Source: Nymphaea colorata
Taxonomy: Eukaryota
Length of the DNA: 64,000 nt
Direction of reading: 5' to 3'
Assembly (NCBI RefSeq): GCF_008831285.2
Contig: NC_045138.2
Location: 20,336,001-20,400,000 of the forward strand
In this document: positions 12,708 through 25,384 of the stretch, piece by piece
Numbering within the stretch: position 1 is the first letter of the stretch
Layout of the letters: the number at the start of each line of letters is the position of its first letter
Program-made: the position numbers and the translations under genes
Notes under the pieces: model-generated
Seen by the model: the letters and a program-made list of their open reading frames with translations, nothing else
What the model was told of the DNA's origin: nothing
The model's database searches: none

Positions 12708-14849
12708 CTTCTTTCAAAGAGTAAATTCAGAGTTAAGGAACAGAAAATATGAGAATAAGAGCTTCTGTTGGTAAGATTTGTGAAAAATGTTGGTTGATCA
12801 GTAGGCAAGGGTGAATTCCAGTAATTTATTCTAATTAGAAACATAAGCAGACAGCGGGAGAATATTTGTGAATAGGAACTTTAACTTTTTAAGATACATG
12901 AGCTAGGGTGGATATATTGTGAAACCCAATGTTTTAAAAGCTGTTGAGGATGCCTTTGGTTGGCACAAGCTGTCTTGTTGACTTTGTAAGCCCATGACAA
13001 TTATATCTAGTACATGTGAAACATGTCTCGTCTATATGCTTTACGTGTATTTTTCAGCTATTATGGGCAAACGTCAATGTCCATTTCACTGATAAATGGT
13101 ACAGTATGTTATGGATCAAATGTACAATCTGCACTTCGTATGCAGTTCTTTCATATTGAACATCAGGCATCCAGATATAGGACTGAGAGCTGTCTGACTT
13201 CACTTAGTCCTCTTCAAGTATGATTCTTGAACTGGTTTGACCCAATTAATGATTGATCTTAGCTGTGTCAACCGACTCACCAGGTCAACTGATCAAGTAT
13301 TTTCGTATTTTATGGTTGTGACGTTTGTCCATCTTATAATCTTTGTATTTTACTTTTATAGTGGCATCACACCCTGTTACCAAACCAATGTGTATGTCAC
13401 ATCTTTGTTATGTCTTACTCTTCTAAGTGGCATCATACCGGTCAGTTTGGTTTTGGCTTTGTTGGTGTCTGAATTCATGAATCTTTTTTCTTTCAATATA
13501 ACTTGCAATATTTTAATCTTGGATTGGTACTTGTCTTCTTGAGCATGTGTGAACCTGACCACCTCTTTCTTATCCATGTAGATATCCCTGCCGGTCCTTT
13601 GTATCACCTTGAAATTTTTTTTCAGACATTCTTTGTCCATATGGTTGGCGTTTGTCCATTAATTTTTTGCTTTTATGTTTAGGGGAAACAAAGCATCTTG
13701 GGTTGTATTTGTTTCTTCTGTTGACCTATGGTAATTATAAAACATTCAAAGAGTCCTTTGTATGTGTTCACTTGAAGGAGGTACGAAAAACATAATCGAG
13801 AAATACTATTTTGCTGCAGCATGCATATCAATTCTCGATTTTGCTTTACATTATATATGATATTTTCTGCAGAATGGTTGATCAGTGTGGAGTTTCCATG
13901 TCCTGCTGTTAATAGTCTCCCATTAGTAGACTGCCCTGTGGCTCCACAATGATCATTATATTGTTTGATGGGTACTTTGTCTATGTTGAACTACTGATAG
14001 GCAATATAAGTTACATGGATGCGCTTTATAAGTTTTATTTTGAACCTGGTGATTAGAAACTTCCAGAACTGCAATTTTATGCAAGTGGAATGTCCAGGTG
14101 ACTTCCATTTTGTGCTCCCTTACTTCCCTCCTCATTTTTTCATTCCATGTTCCATCACATAAAGTCCCTTCACAGCTGCGCTTATTACATTCATTATGAT
14201 TCTCTCCAAACTGCATGATGTCTGTCTTCGACTATGACTTTTCAGTTGGTCTTGCATGTTCTCTCAAAAGAATTAGTGGGTGCTGCAACCCTTCTCTCTC
14301 TTTTTTTTTTCTGCACTTGTAATTTATCATTTTATCCCTTTAGTTCCCTGTGTTTGTCATATTGTCAAGTCTCTAACAAGAGGCCTTCTTCTTGGAGAGT
14401 TTCATGTATCATCTCAAGCTGTTTTATACTGGTATTCTGTAGCTATAGTGAAAAATTGGCTTGATTGTTGTGGTTTTGCTTATGCTTCAGCTCCATCTTT
14501 AGAGATCTTGCATGGTTGGTTTGATGGTAAAACTGCTGTTGATATGACATCTTGCCATCTTGGCTAGGCCACTAGTTTTGAACTTTTTCATTTGCTTATA
14601 CCAAAAGAACTTTGTAGAGTCATGAATGTAATCTGCTTAACCTGAAGAGGGAGATAATTGGCAGTTAGCAGTCAGCCTGGTTGGTTTATAATTAGCCAAC
14701 TTCTCACTAGTTAGATGTGTTCCATCATTTTTCCTTTCTTCACCCACCCCACCGTGCCTGCCCCCAACCCCCCTCTTCTCAATAGATGTTGGGGAACTTT
14801 AACAGCATTTGCTCGTTTGTTAGCCAATCATTGTGCAGCAATGTGGCAC

Positions 14850-15620
14850 ATTTAATTTTGACTTGATTCTTTTCTTGCTATCTTATCTCGGGTTATCGCA
14901 GTAAAGACACACTGCCAAAGAACGACTCATCTCGTGGTCTCCTGCAGCTGCTTGTTTATTCAAGAAACCTGCTGGATCACTGGATTTAGTCGAAATCTTG
15001 GACTAGGGAAAGCATATTTGGCTCTTGAAAACTTGATTGAGATCATCTGGGTTAACCTTCCTACCTCATATTCTGGTTACTCCTGCCATCATGGTTGCGT
15101 GGAATCTCAACCATTGTGCAGAAGTTAGAATATCCGTCTCTTCCCCACTTTTGTCTAAAACTGGTTTTGGGATAGCAGCTAGTTTCTTTTTCTAGTACTG
15201 TCATAAACTTAGATCTAAGTTTATGGTTAATCTGCCCGCCTCTAATTTTTCTTTGCTACTTAGCTGCATTTTTACAGCTGATAATGGGTAGGGTGATTAA
15301 GATGATGAACCTTTCGGGATTAGGTATAAGTTTAATTTTGTTCACCTTGGTATGGTGCAGGCCGAGAAGTTATTTCTGGATGGTCAGCAGCACTTTTGGC
15401 AAGGAGAGGAAGGGTCTCGCTATCAGTTGGTGGATATTTTTAGGATATATTCACGTGGGTTCTTTCTTTTTATCTGTTTCGACGGAGAAAGAATGGTAAC
15501 TCTGGATGCTCCCATGTTTTGTAAATTTGGCTCTGTAAAAAATTCTCCCAAGAGCTTTGACCTCCCTCCGCCACTTTCCTCCTCTCAGATTTATGAAATA
15601 TACCCTCTAAATAATACATA
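14850..15620 (+). mobile_element. Possible decayed LINE 3' fragment
   Basis: Weak zf-RVT-like remnant (LENLIEII.VNLP..SC..GCVES...LF) followed by a 3' end with TGTAAA and AATAATA. Heavily degenerate. Confidence 0.3.
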
Positions 15621-16021
15621 AGCAGATCCGATGTGAACTGTATTAATCACTGACTATTTCCAGTTTTTTGCTTTAATAATTGTTCACTTCAAGAAATCGA
15701 TGTCTGTGGTGTTCGAATTTAGAAGAAAAATCAAATGCGAATACGGAAGTTAGTGGGCCTCTCACGTGTAGGTTCGGGTTATTGCTGGGCAACTTTGGTA
15801 TATAGCGGGTGGCTTTGTCTGGTGGGTTCGGAACGGGTTCTACATGTGCTTATCTGGCCTTGTCCTGGCGCCCCTTTGTTATTTCTGGTCTTATAAGTTA
15901 GGTTAGTTTCTTCTTTTCTCCTAAGCAACCCTTTGAAGATAGGAACGAAATTTTGCTCTAATGTGGCTTCCTAGTGAGGTAAAGTGTGAGTATTCCATGA
16001 ATTGAGTTCAAAAAGCCCCTT

Positions 16022-16102
16022 AAAAGCAAATGTGGGAATGGAGAATAAGGGAAGTGTGTTGGAATAAAAGCAAATGTGGGCATGGAGAATAAGGGAAGTG
16101 TG
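16022..16102. repeat. 44-bp tandem duplication
   Basis: AAAAGCAAATGTGGG(A/C)ATGGAGAATAAGGGAAGTGTG occurs twice. Confidence 0.85.
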
Positions 16103-16654
16103 ATGGAACGGCGAAGGACGGAGCGAACAGTGAAGAATGTATTCTCTCTGTTTATGCAAATATGCCTTTTTAGAGGCTGTGTATGTTCTTGTTCTTTGAG
16201 GTACTTGCCCTTATGAGGCCACCAAATGTGCTGTTATGAGGCCAATTGACAATAACATTAATAAGTTGTTTCATGCATTTGCTCTAAAAAATAAGGTAGA
16301 TTTATGTAACGCTATGTTATATTTTTACATGTATCACTGTGTTAGTGTTACATGTGCAACTTTTGTAGATTCATAAAACAAGGTTTTTAGTATTCTTATT
16401 CCTAGGCTTATGCAAGGAAGGATCGCCTGGGATGAGATTTGAAGCATGATTGCTCCACTATGACTTTTCAATTTCAATCTGGTTCGAACTTGTTAATGTA
16501 GAACATGCTAGGAGTCTCTTATATATATATATAATTTGTGGATTTCTATTCAGATGGAAAATCTTCGAGCCTCATGTTTAATTGCATCCACCTGAGGCGT
16601 TTTGGGTGGCCATGGGTTAACTGAGCTCAATCAATATGGTTTTGTGTGTGTGTG

Positions 16655-16685
<31 letters not shown>

Positions 16686-17369
16686 TTGTACAGCCTGTCT
16701 CGGTAGGCTTAAATGGGCTTTTTAAAGTCATCCAACTGCTCTGAAAGACTCCCAAAAGATCTCAAGTTCGTTGGGGCCCAGGTGTCTGAAGACTCCATTT
16801 TTTTTTTCCTTAAAAAATCTGGTGAGGGTAAAGGTGTATCATTCCACAAGTTGGCTGGCAATTTGGGATGCTTCTTCTCATTCTTTCTATATCTTTTCCT
16901 TTTTCTAAAGAATGTAATACATCACGTTTTCACTCAAACTTCATTTTTTACAAGGGCTAGTCAGATCTGGCGAAGGGGTCTCTCTTCTCTTCTACGTGTC
17001 GAATAAAATATAGGTTTGGAGATTGAAGGAATATCCTTCTTAATGCGGGGCCGTCCGTGGGGACTACCTAACAGAAACAACTGTTTCATGAATCAAACAC
17101 CCGAAAAGTAAAGCCACAATCGAGTCACCACGAAGTGCGCGAACTTAAAACAATACCACGCGTTCCTTTTTCTTTTTTTTTTCTCATCTTGTTCTCAGAA
17201 GAAACCGCTAACGGTTTGGTATGGACGGAGAAGATGTGCATGGTGAAACCACCACGGTCTTAATGGCATGTCTGAGACAGAAACCTCTAATTAAGAAGCG
17301 CTGATATTTTAAACTTTGGACCTTTTAAGGGATATTAATACGTTAATGTGAAAATAGTTATCAAATATC

Positions 17370-17438
<69 letters not shown>

Positions 17439-17652
17439 ACTAGGAGTTTGGTGCAGCAGCTGTCATTGCCGACAAAAATGTGTTTCGTGTTGTCTTGGGT
17501 ACTCCAGTTTATGCAAGCCAAAGTTGTCGGTGTACATCTTATTATTGAGGAAGTGAACTCAAATGCAAGGCTTTCATCTTGCCCCCAAGAGAATCTGCTC
17601 TGGTTGTCCTCTACTTCATTTACCTCACACAATTAAGCTAAGGTGCTCAAAC

Positions 17653-17694
<42 letters not shown>

Positions 17695-19547
17695 TGGCTA
17701 TTACCAACCCTTAGCTTTTGGTTTGCATCTTTCCTCTCTCTTCTTTATTAAATGTGGCGTAATAAAAACAGATCTTGACTTAGGAGTCATGTTAATTATC
17801 ATAATTGTGACAATATTTATATGCTTATGTAGATGCAACATCCTAACTACCACTATTGAATATGGAGATGTAAGTAAGAACTATAAAAATTATTTAGAGA
17901 GAGAAACACAACACAAGACTTTGAAAAATGACAAAGTTGGCATTCGCACAGTACAGTTATGATGGGTAAGTTCGATACCTGCACGGACTATGCCATATAT
18001 ATATAATCTCTCTCTCTCATATATATATATATATACTGAATGCCCTTGAGTGCCCGGAAGCTGCATTTACCTTGGCCGACTAGCCAGGATACAAGTTGTT
18101 TAAAGTGACAAGCCAAAATGTTGTTTAATCATTCTCCATGTTCTTGACGTTTCTGATTTTTTTTTCAAAAAAATGCACCAAAAACGAATTGACGATAATA
18201 AACACACAAGCCTAACTTTTTTGTATTAATAAAAAATGGTTCTTAGAATTATTGTTGTCAAATTAATTGTTAATATAAAGCCAAAAAGATCAGTTTAGCC
18301 CCTAGAAAAATGCATAAATCATACTTGACTTTGTCAACTTGATTAGGTTTTCCTTGATTTTTAGCATTATTAAAGAGAAATGCTTTCACATGGCAATTGT
18401 TTTAGATACTAATAAAAAGGCTAACTTGTTTGGGTACAATTTTTTTATTGTGTATGAATAATATTTGGTTATATTAACCCAGTTTAAATGTGCAATAACC
18501 TAGAGTTCATTGACAAAACCGTCACTTTATATTAGTGGCGCAAAAACTTAGGTATCCTTTTTAATAATATAAAAATATTAGGTGTCTTTTTTATTATTAT
18601 TGATTTTTTGGCCTTTTTTTTTATATTTTCCCCAATTTGCAATAGGGTTTAAATGAAGGTCCTATTGTAGCAACTTGGGTTTGATTCAGTAATGCTGAAC
18701 CTTTAATGGGTTCCCTCATTTCAGTTTGTGAGCTTCATTCTTTCTAGGAAAGTAATTAATCTGTTGCAGATGTTTCTTTCATATAACTCTCAAAATATAT
18801 GTTTTTGAGACTAATCTTCCTAAAATATATGTTTCTTGAACATCACATTTCTTTTAATAATCATGAGCTGACAATGGACGTGATTTTTAGACCCAACAAC
18901 TAAAATATGCACATAACCATACTGATGTTCTTGGGAAATGTATTTTAAGAACATGTAATGTTTCTCAATCAAATGCCCTCAAAATATTCAGAAATCAAAA
19001 GGGAAGTGAATGGAATCTTGTAAATATACAAATTTAAACATTGCGAGCCTTTGCAAAACAAGAGTGGATGGTTAACTTGGAGATCATTGTCAATAAGTCA
19101 CAAGGATATTGAAAAATCATTTACATAGATATAATTTTGCTTTTCATTCTTTGGCATTAGAATATGATTCTGAGTCGAATTTAGCAATATGTTATGGAAT
19201 CACTGACATCTCTATAAAGTACCACTAAATTCAAGGAAATAGTTGCAAATTTTGTGGATAACAAAGCCAATTTTTCCGTTGTGGAGTTTCGAGGAAAATT
19301 TAGACCTGCATATGATTCAATGATCAAATGGGGAGGGAGAAGGAAACTTTTAATTGGGGGCTTTTCACTTGATCTTGATCTCAAAAAATTGAAGAATCAG
19401 CTAAGTAAATTTTCTCTGAATCATTTTCCAATGAGATCATTAAAAATTTATACTCTTTTTAGGTAAAATCAGAGTGCCAATGAACACTCAAAAGTTTTAG
19501 GTTCACGTGATTGCTGTCATGTTCAATTGTATTATTTTTATATGCTA

Positions 19548-20070
19548 TAAACAAGTACGACATTCAAGTTGAAGGATTCATTAAAAATCTACCAGAAAAT
19601 TTGAAAGTATAAATTGAAGCTTGTTATTAGTAAATTGTTGCTGTAAACAATAACAAACCCGACATTCAAGTTGAATGATGCATTAAAAAATAAACAAGTA
19701 CGACATTCAAGTTGAAGGATTCATTAAAAATCTACCAGAAAATTTGAAAGTATAAATTGAAGCTTGTTATTAGTAAATTGTTGCTGTAAACAATAACAAA
19801 CCCGACATTCAAGTTGAATGATGCATTAAAAAATCCACCAAAAATTAAATCTAAGTTTGTTATTCTTATATGTTGTAAATAATAACAAATGCTTAACAAA
19901 CTCGACATTCATGATTCAAGTTGAAGAATCAAGTTGAAGAATGCACTAAAAATCTAAAAGAAATTTGATAGTTTAAATTGAAGTTCCTTATTCTTATATA
20001 CTGTAAACAAGAACAAACCCGACATCGAAGTTAAGGATGCATTAAAGATCTACCAAAAATTGAAGTTTGG
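19548..20070. repeat. Tandem repeat array; 143-bp exact duplicate plus degenerate subunits (core CGACATTCAAGTTGAA)
   Basis: 19548-19690 is repeated at 19691-19833. Further diverged units extend to ~20070. Confidence 0.88.
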
Positions 20071-20426
20071 CATTATAGACCGGTTTTGTTCGAGGTTTTC
20101 CACCATAGACGGTTCTCCAAAACGCGAGAAAAAAAAATGCCGCCAAACCAGGCCTCTTGCCCATAGAAAAACGATATCCGGGTGCTGAATTATGAAATTC
20201 GCGGGTACAGCCGTCGCAGAGAAGGGCGTAATAAAATCTATTTAATAATGCAAGTTCTTGTTTTTTCTTTTTCATTCTTTCTCTCTCAGGCGTTCGATCG
20301 AAAGAGGTCAAGCTTCCATTCTCTTGACAGCAGCCAGCAGGCAGTCGGTGAAAAAATGGGTGCTGTAAAAATCGTTTCAGGAAGCGACTCGAATCGAATT
20401 ATTTTATCGTTTCACCTTTTCCTGTA

Positions 20427-20670
20427 ATCGATTAGTTTGATTTAACAGAACACCTCTGATTGAACTACTGATGATGATGATCTTTCTGCATCTCTTGGAG
20501 TGCCGGAAGCGGGAGATCGGAGACTTTTGGGAGATCAGAGGGCAGATGATCGATTAGTTTTGATTTAACAGAACTACTTCTGATGGAACTGCTGATGACG
20601 ATGTTCCTACTACTCATAAGTCCTCCATTTCTAGGAACATTTCGGAAAGCGGGAGATTGGAGATTAGAGA
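20427..20670. repeat. Diverged ~120-140 bp tandem duplication
   Basis: ATCGATTAGTTT(T)GATTTAACAGAAC...GCGGGAGAT(C/T)GGAGA occurs twice. Confidence 0.7.
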
Positions 20671-21711
20671 GCAGAAAAGAGTGGGGATGCAGATGTAATC
20701 ATGGCAGATGCTCTGTCACTTTATACCAACTACCCTCTTCATTTCCCTTTTTTATATAAGAAAAAACGAATAGATCTACAGGAGTTAATGGCGGAAGCGC
20801 AAACGAAACATGCAAAATTAAAAATTGATAAAGAAAACAAAAAAAGAGAGCCAGAAGTCAGCAGCCACCGACAGTGGGGAAATAATGAATAAATTCAAAG
20901 AAAACCAACTCACCAAGGAGACAGAACTATACATATATTCATATATGTATCTCATTTTAACAGTAAATTTTTCTCTGTTTTTTCTTTCACTTTTGATTAA
21001 CATTCATTGAGACAAAGACTTGGAAATTCATTTTCTTTTTAAATCTACAAACTAAAAACAAGGAAATGAAAAGGAAAAAGGTGAAAAGGAAAGGGGAAGA
21101 TGGGGAGGGGCTTTCGATTGATCGGCCGGCCGTCTGTTCGTTGCCTTCGCTTCCAGAATGACAGCCACCTCCCGCCCGAACCCGAGAAAAATGTGGATGG
21201 AAGCGTTCCTTCTATCTGTTCATTTACCACATTGCCTTCAGGAAAATGGTAAAGTGGCGGCTAAAAAAAGCCCTGCCCACCAAAGACGTCGTGCGAAATG
21301 TCAAGAACGCCCTCCTCCCAATCCCGTCGTCCAAAACTGCAGACAACTGATCTTAAGTGAATTTTCTTCCACACACAATTTAGATTTTACAAAGCCCCGA
21401 TGATTTCCTATAAGGATCACATCTCTATGAGTTTCATCCGAAATTTCCTAATTATAAAGTGTCGTCTAAACTAAACTGTAAAGATTATAAAGTTGGTATT
21501 CTTTTCATTCGCTTCAACAAATCAGCAAAGCTCATTTTTAGTACGATTTGTCTTGAAAAAATATCTCCCATCGCCAACTACGGCTAACTGAGGGCATTTA
21601 CGTCTTTTCGCTCGTCGTTTTCGGAGACGGTGAAGTAGAAGCGAAGAAGCCCGCCGGAGAGGAGATGTAGGGCCCGCGTTCAACTAGCCTGGATCCGCGC
21701 TTTCTGGATCT

Positions 21712-21721
21712 GCCACGTGGC
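21712..21721. promoter_or_regulatory. Perfect palindromic G-box (GCCACGTGGC) upstream of the FLA gene
   Basis: Lies ~230 bp upstream of the ATG, just before the GA-rich 5' leader. It is a known bZIP/bHLH site; function is not demonstrated. Confidence 0.45.
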
Positions 21722-21949
21722 CACCTTCCCCATAGCATAAAGGGAAGAAAGAAAAGGGCCGGATCTAAACTTATTTTTATCGTCAACCCCCGCCCTCTCC
21801 TTTCCCTCCACAGAGAGAGAGAGAGAGTGATCGGACCGAAGCCGAACAGACGAGCAGTTCAGAGAATTAAGTAAGAGAGAGAAAAAAGAGAGAGCATAAA
21901 GGAGAGGAGGAGAGAGCAGCCTCTGTCGTGGCCTGCGAATCCCCCGGCC

Positions 21950-24900
21950 ATGGATCTCAAGATCTGCGGCTGCAAGGCCTTGTTGTTGTCTGTCCTCATT
22001 GTCCTTCTCCTCGGCAATGCCGTCGCCGGCGCGCCGGACGCGTCGAGCATCAACTCCAACTCCGTGCTGGTGGCGCTGCTCGACTCCCACTACACCGAGC
22101 TGGCGGAGCTGGTGGAGAAGGCGCTGCTCCTGCAGACCCTCGAGGAGGCCGTCGGCAGGGGCAACCTGACCATCTTCGCCCCCCGGAATGAGGCCCTCGA
22201 GCGCGACCTCGACCCCGAGTTCAGGCGCTTCCTGCTCGAACCCGGCAACCTGCCTTCGCTTCAGGCGCTCCTCTTGTCCCATGTCATTCCCTCCCGGATT
22301 CTGTCGGGCGACTGGCCGCGCAATGACCTCTCCCCTCGCCGGACGCTCTCCAAGGGAGACGTTCTTCGACTGTCCAGTAGGGACGGAGTGAGGATGGTGG
22401 ACGTTGCGGCGGTCGTCCAGCCCGACGCCGTCGTCAGGCCCGACGGTGTGATCCACGGGATCGAGCGCCTCCTCGTGCCCCGCTCCGTTCAGGACGCCTT
22501 CAATGGACGCCGAAGCCTCGCCGCCATCTCGGCGGTGCTGCCCGAGGGCGCGCCGGAGGTGGACACGACCACCATGAAGCTGAAGGTGAAGAAGGCGAGG
22601 CCGGACGCCTACGGGTATTCTGCTCCTCCCTACACGCCGTCGATGCCGATCTACGATGCGATGGCGTCGGCACCGTCGATGGCGCCGGCTCCGGCTCCGG
22701 GGCCGTCGTCGGGGCACCGGTGGTTCGACGGCGAGGCGCAGGTGAAGGACTTCATTCATACGCTGCTGCATTATGGGGGTTACAATGAGCTTGCCGACAT
22801 TCTGGTGAACCTGACTTCTCTGGCGACGGAGATGGGGCGGCTGGTGTCGGAGGGGTACGTGCTGACGGTGCTTGCTCCCAACGACGAGGCTATGGGGAAG
22901 CTGACGACGGACCAGCTGAGCGAGCCCCGAGCGCCCGAGCACATCGTCTACTATCACCTCATCCCGGAGTACCAGACGGAGGAGAGCATGTATAACGCCG
23001 TCCGGCGGTTCGCGAAGGTCCAGTACGACACGCTCAGGCTGCCCCACAAGATCACCGCCCAGGAGGCCGACGGTTCCGTCAAGTTCGGCCACGGCACCGA
23101 CGCCGCTTACCTGGTCGACCCCGACATCTACGTCGACGGGAGGATCGCCGTTCAGGGGATCGACAAGGTGCTCTTCCCCTCCGAGCCTAAGCCCACCGCT
23201 CCCTCTCCCCCCACCACCAAGGCCGTCACGCACAAGCCCACCGCACCGACTACCCGAAGAGGTCCTCTCTCTCTCTTTCTCTCTCCATACACACAATTTT
23301 AGGTCTCCATTATCACCATTATCATTTCTTGGAAGTTTTGATTGGTCGTTGCTTCAATCCCCTTCTGCATTGCTCTGTTTTTTTTTCTCTCGACTTGTGT
23401 CTCCGCATTTTCTACTGTTGTCGGTGATCTTCGTCTCCAATTGAGTATATCAATGTTTGACATTTGACAATTTGTCAATTAGAGGGTTCCTTCCGATGAA
23501 CCCGCCGGTGGATTTTAGGGGAGCCGATTAATCATGATGGGCATTCTATTTTGGGTACCCAATTCCCCGGGCATAGCCGGAAACCGACGTCTTTGGCTTG
23601 CTAGGACGGTTATCACATTCTGAGTGTTCAGTATATTCAATCGAGAAAAGTCCCCATCTCGGTTGGCATTCTTTGAACACTATTCTTCCCCCATGGTGTA
23701 CTGTCCGGGCAATGGCCGGAAACCGGCGATCTCTGCTTTTACCACAGCGCCAATTTCGACTTGGTTGCGCATCCCGAGAGAATTGGCGTTATCAGCGGTC
23801 GTCCTTGCTCACCTTTGGAGATAGTACCTCTGAGGCTCTGGGCACAATTTACCAACGCTGTTTTTAGTTACTTTTTAGTTCATTTACGGTAAAAGAGAAA
23901 GGGGGGGCCATAAAGAGCAGAACTCCTGCAAAATGGCGTTACCGCTTCCCCGTTTTGCGGTAAAAATCACCATAGTTTCCTGCATTCATCTCTGTTCGAC
24001 ATTCAATGCCTGCTCATCAGCCATCAACTCGATTACTGCTAATCTTTACTAGTCAGTCTGATAATAAATTTCTCCATTACACCAATCACTGTTATTGTGA
24101 TATTGTCAACTAAATAAATAATCATTGTTATTTTCATTATATTACATGAATTAATAGTCGGTGGCGGATGACAGCTCACAGGGTCTGTGATCCTAGTGAT
24201 GGATCACAGGCGATTGCCAGAAGGTCTTCTTCCAAGAGTTTTAGAATGGGAATTGATCTTTTAAGGAAATGACAGAACCCGCCCTCTTCTACTCCTGATT
24301 TCTGCCGACAGTATGACCCATCAGCGCTTGGACATTACTTCTACCCCTTGTTCCTTTCTTGATTCTTTTCTCCAATAATTAAGCGGTTCCCTCCTTCCTC
24401 ATGTGGTGGTTAGGCAGTCGTTTGACAAAAAACTCAAGGTTGTTAATGTCCTTTTGCTCAAAAATTTTATTAGTGTCCACTAGGAACCAACAACCAACCT
24501 TTACGCGTTCTTTAGAAGGAAAAAGGAAAAAGAGAATCAAGATGGTTCTTATTATTCTTTTTCCTCTTTTACCTTCTACTGGCATTTTCTGGACTTTGCT
24601 TCTTCTGGGTCCCAATTATTTAGTAAAAGGCAGAGCTTTGGCCCTTTAATACGAGCCGTTGGATATTAAGATGGCTTCTCTGATGCCGCCCGCTTGAGAT
24701 TGTCGGTGGTTGCTCTTTAAAGATGGTCGCCATGATATGGTGGCAAGTCCCTTCATTCCCCTAACATCTTTGCTTCAGTTGGGGAAATTAAAAGCAGGGT
24801 TGTTGGATGCCTGCCTGCCTTATGATCGGGGATTTACTGTTCCTGTCATGTTTCTGGGTCGTTGGCTTTATCGATTTCGTATTCGTGGTACTACTTAGTA

Positions 24901-25384
24901 GTTAAAACCCATTTACTGTTTCTTTTTTATTTTCTTTGTCAAACACTGCTTGATGAATCATATACAAATGACAGGAAATTGAATCAAACTCCTCATGATG
25001 AAAGCAAAATGCGCAGTAGGTTGAAAAAATTACATACCGCGAGAGATTCATTATTTGAACCTTTTCCACCAGAAAGAAAGAAAATGAAATCTCTGAAAAT
25101 CGTTGTCCTATTCCTGGGAGCTGTTGCTTTCAGAATTCATTTAGCGTGATCGTAGGCCTAAGGTGCTAGTATTTGAGCTAATTTTTAAAGCATGGAAGTT
25201 GGTATGAAGCTGAGTAGAATTTTGCGGGCCTTCTTACAGGGATGACTTAAAATTTGTACCCATGTGGTATTAAAAAAATATTCTTCTCTGTCCTGTTTCT
25301 GCAGGGAAATTGCTTGAGGTAACATGCAATATGCTAGCTATGTTTGGACAGGATTCACGTCTCCCCACATGCCAGCGGACATGA
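21950..25384 (+). CDS. FLA17: Fasciclin-like arabinogalactan protein, group B (FLA15/16/17/18-like), ~463 aa, 2 exons
   Basis: Exon 1 (21950-23261) encodes a signal peptide, INSNSVLVALLDSHYTELAELVEKA, FAS1 motifs TIFAPRNEAL...DGVIHGIERLLVP, an AP-rich AGP linker (APSMAPAPAPGP) and a second FAS1 domain (LTVLAPNDEAM...DGRIAVQGIDKVLFP). The intron runs from GT at 23262 to CAG at 25304. Exon 2 (25305-25384) encodes GKLLEVTCNMLAMFGQDSRLPTCQRT*, the typical group-B FLA C-terminus. The exact paralog number is uncertain. Confidence 0.93.

Noticed and set aside
21680..23296. 538-aa antisense ORF overlapping the FLA exon
   Set aside because: It is the mirror frame of a very GC3-rich coding exon, which lacks antisense stops. 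It has no recognisable domain.
23262..23302. FLA ORF ending at 23302 (GPLSLFLSPYTQF)
   Set aside because: This is read-through into the intron. The conserved C-terminus is in the exon at 25305-25384.
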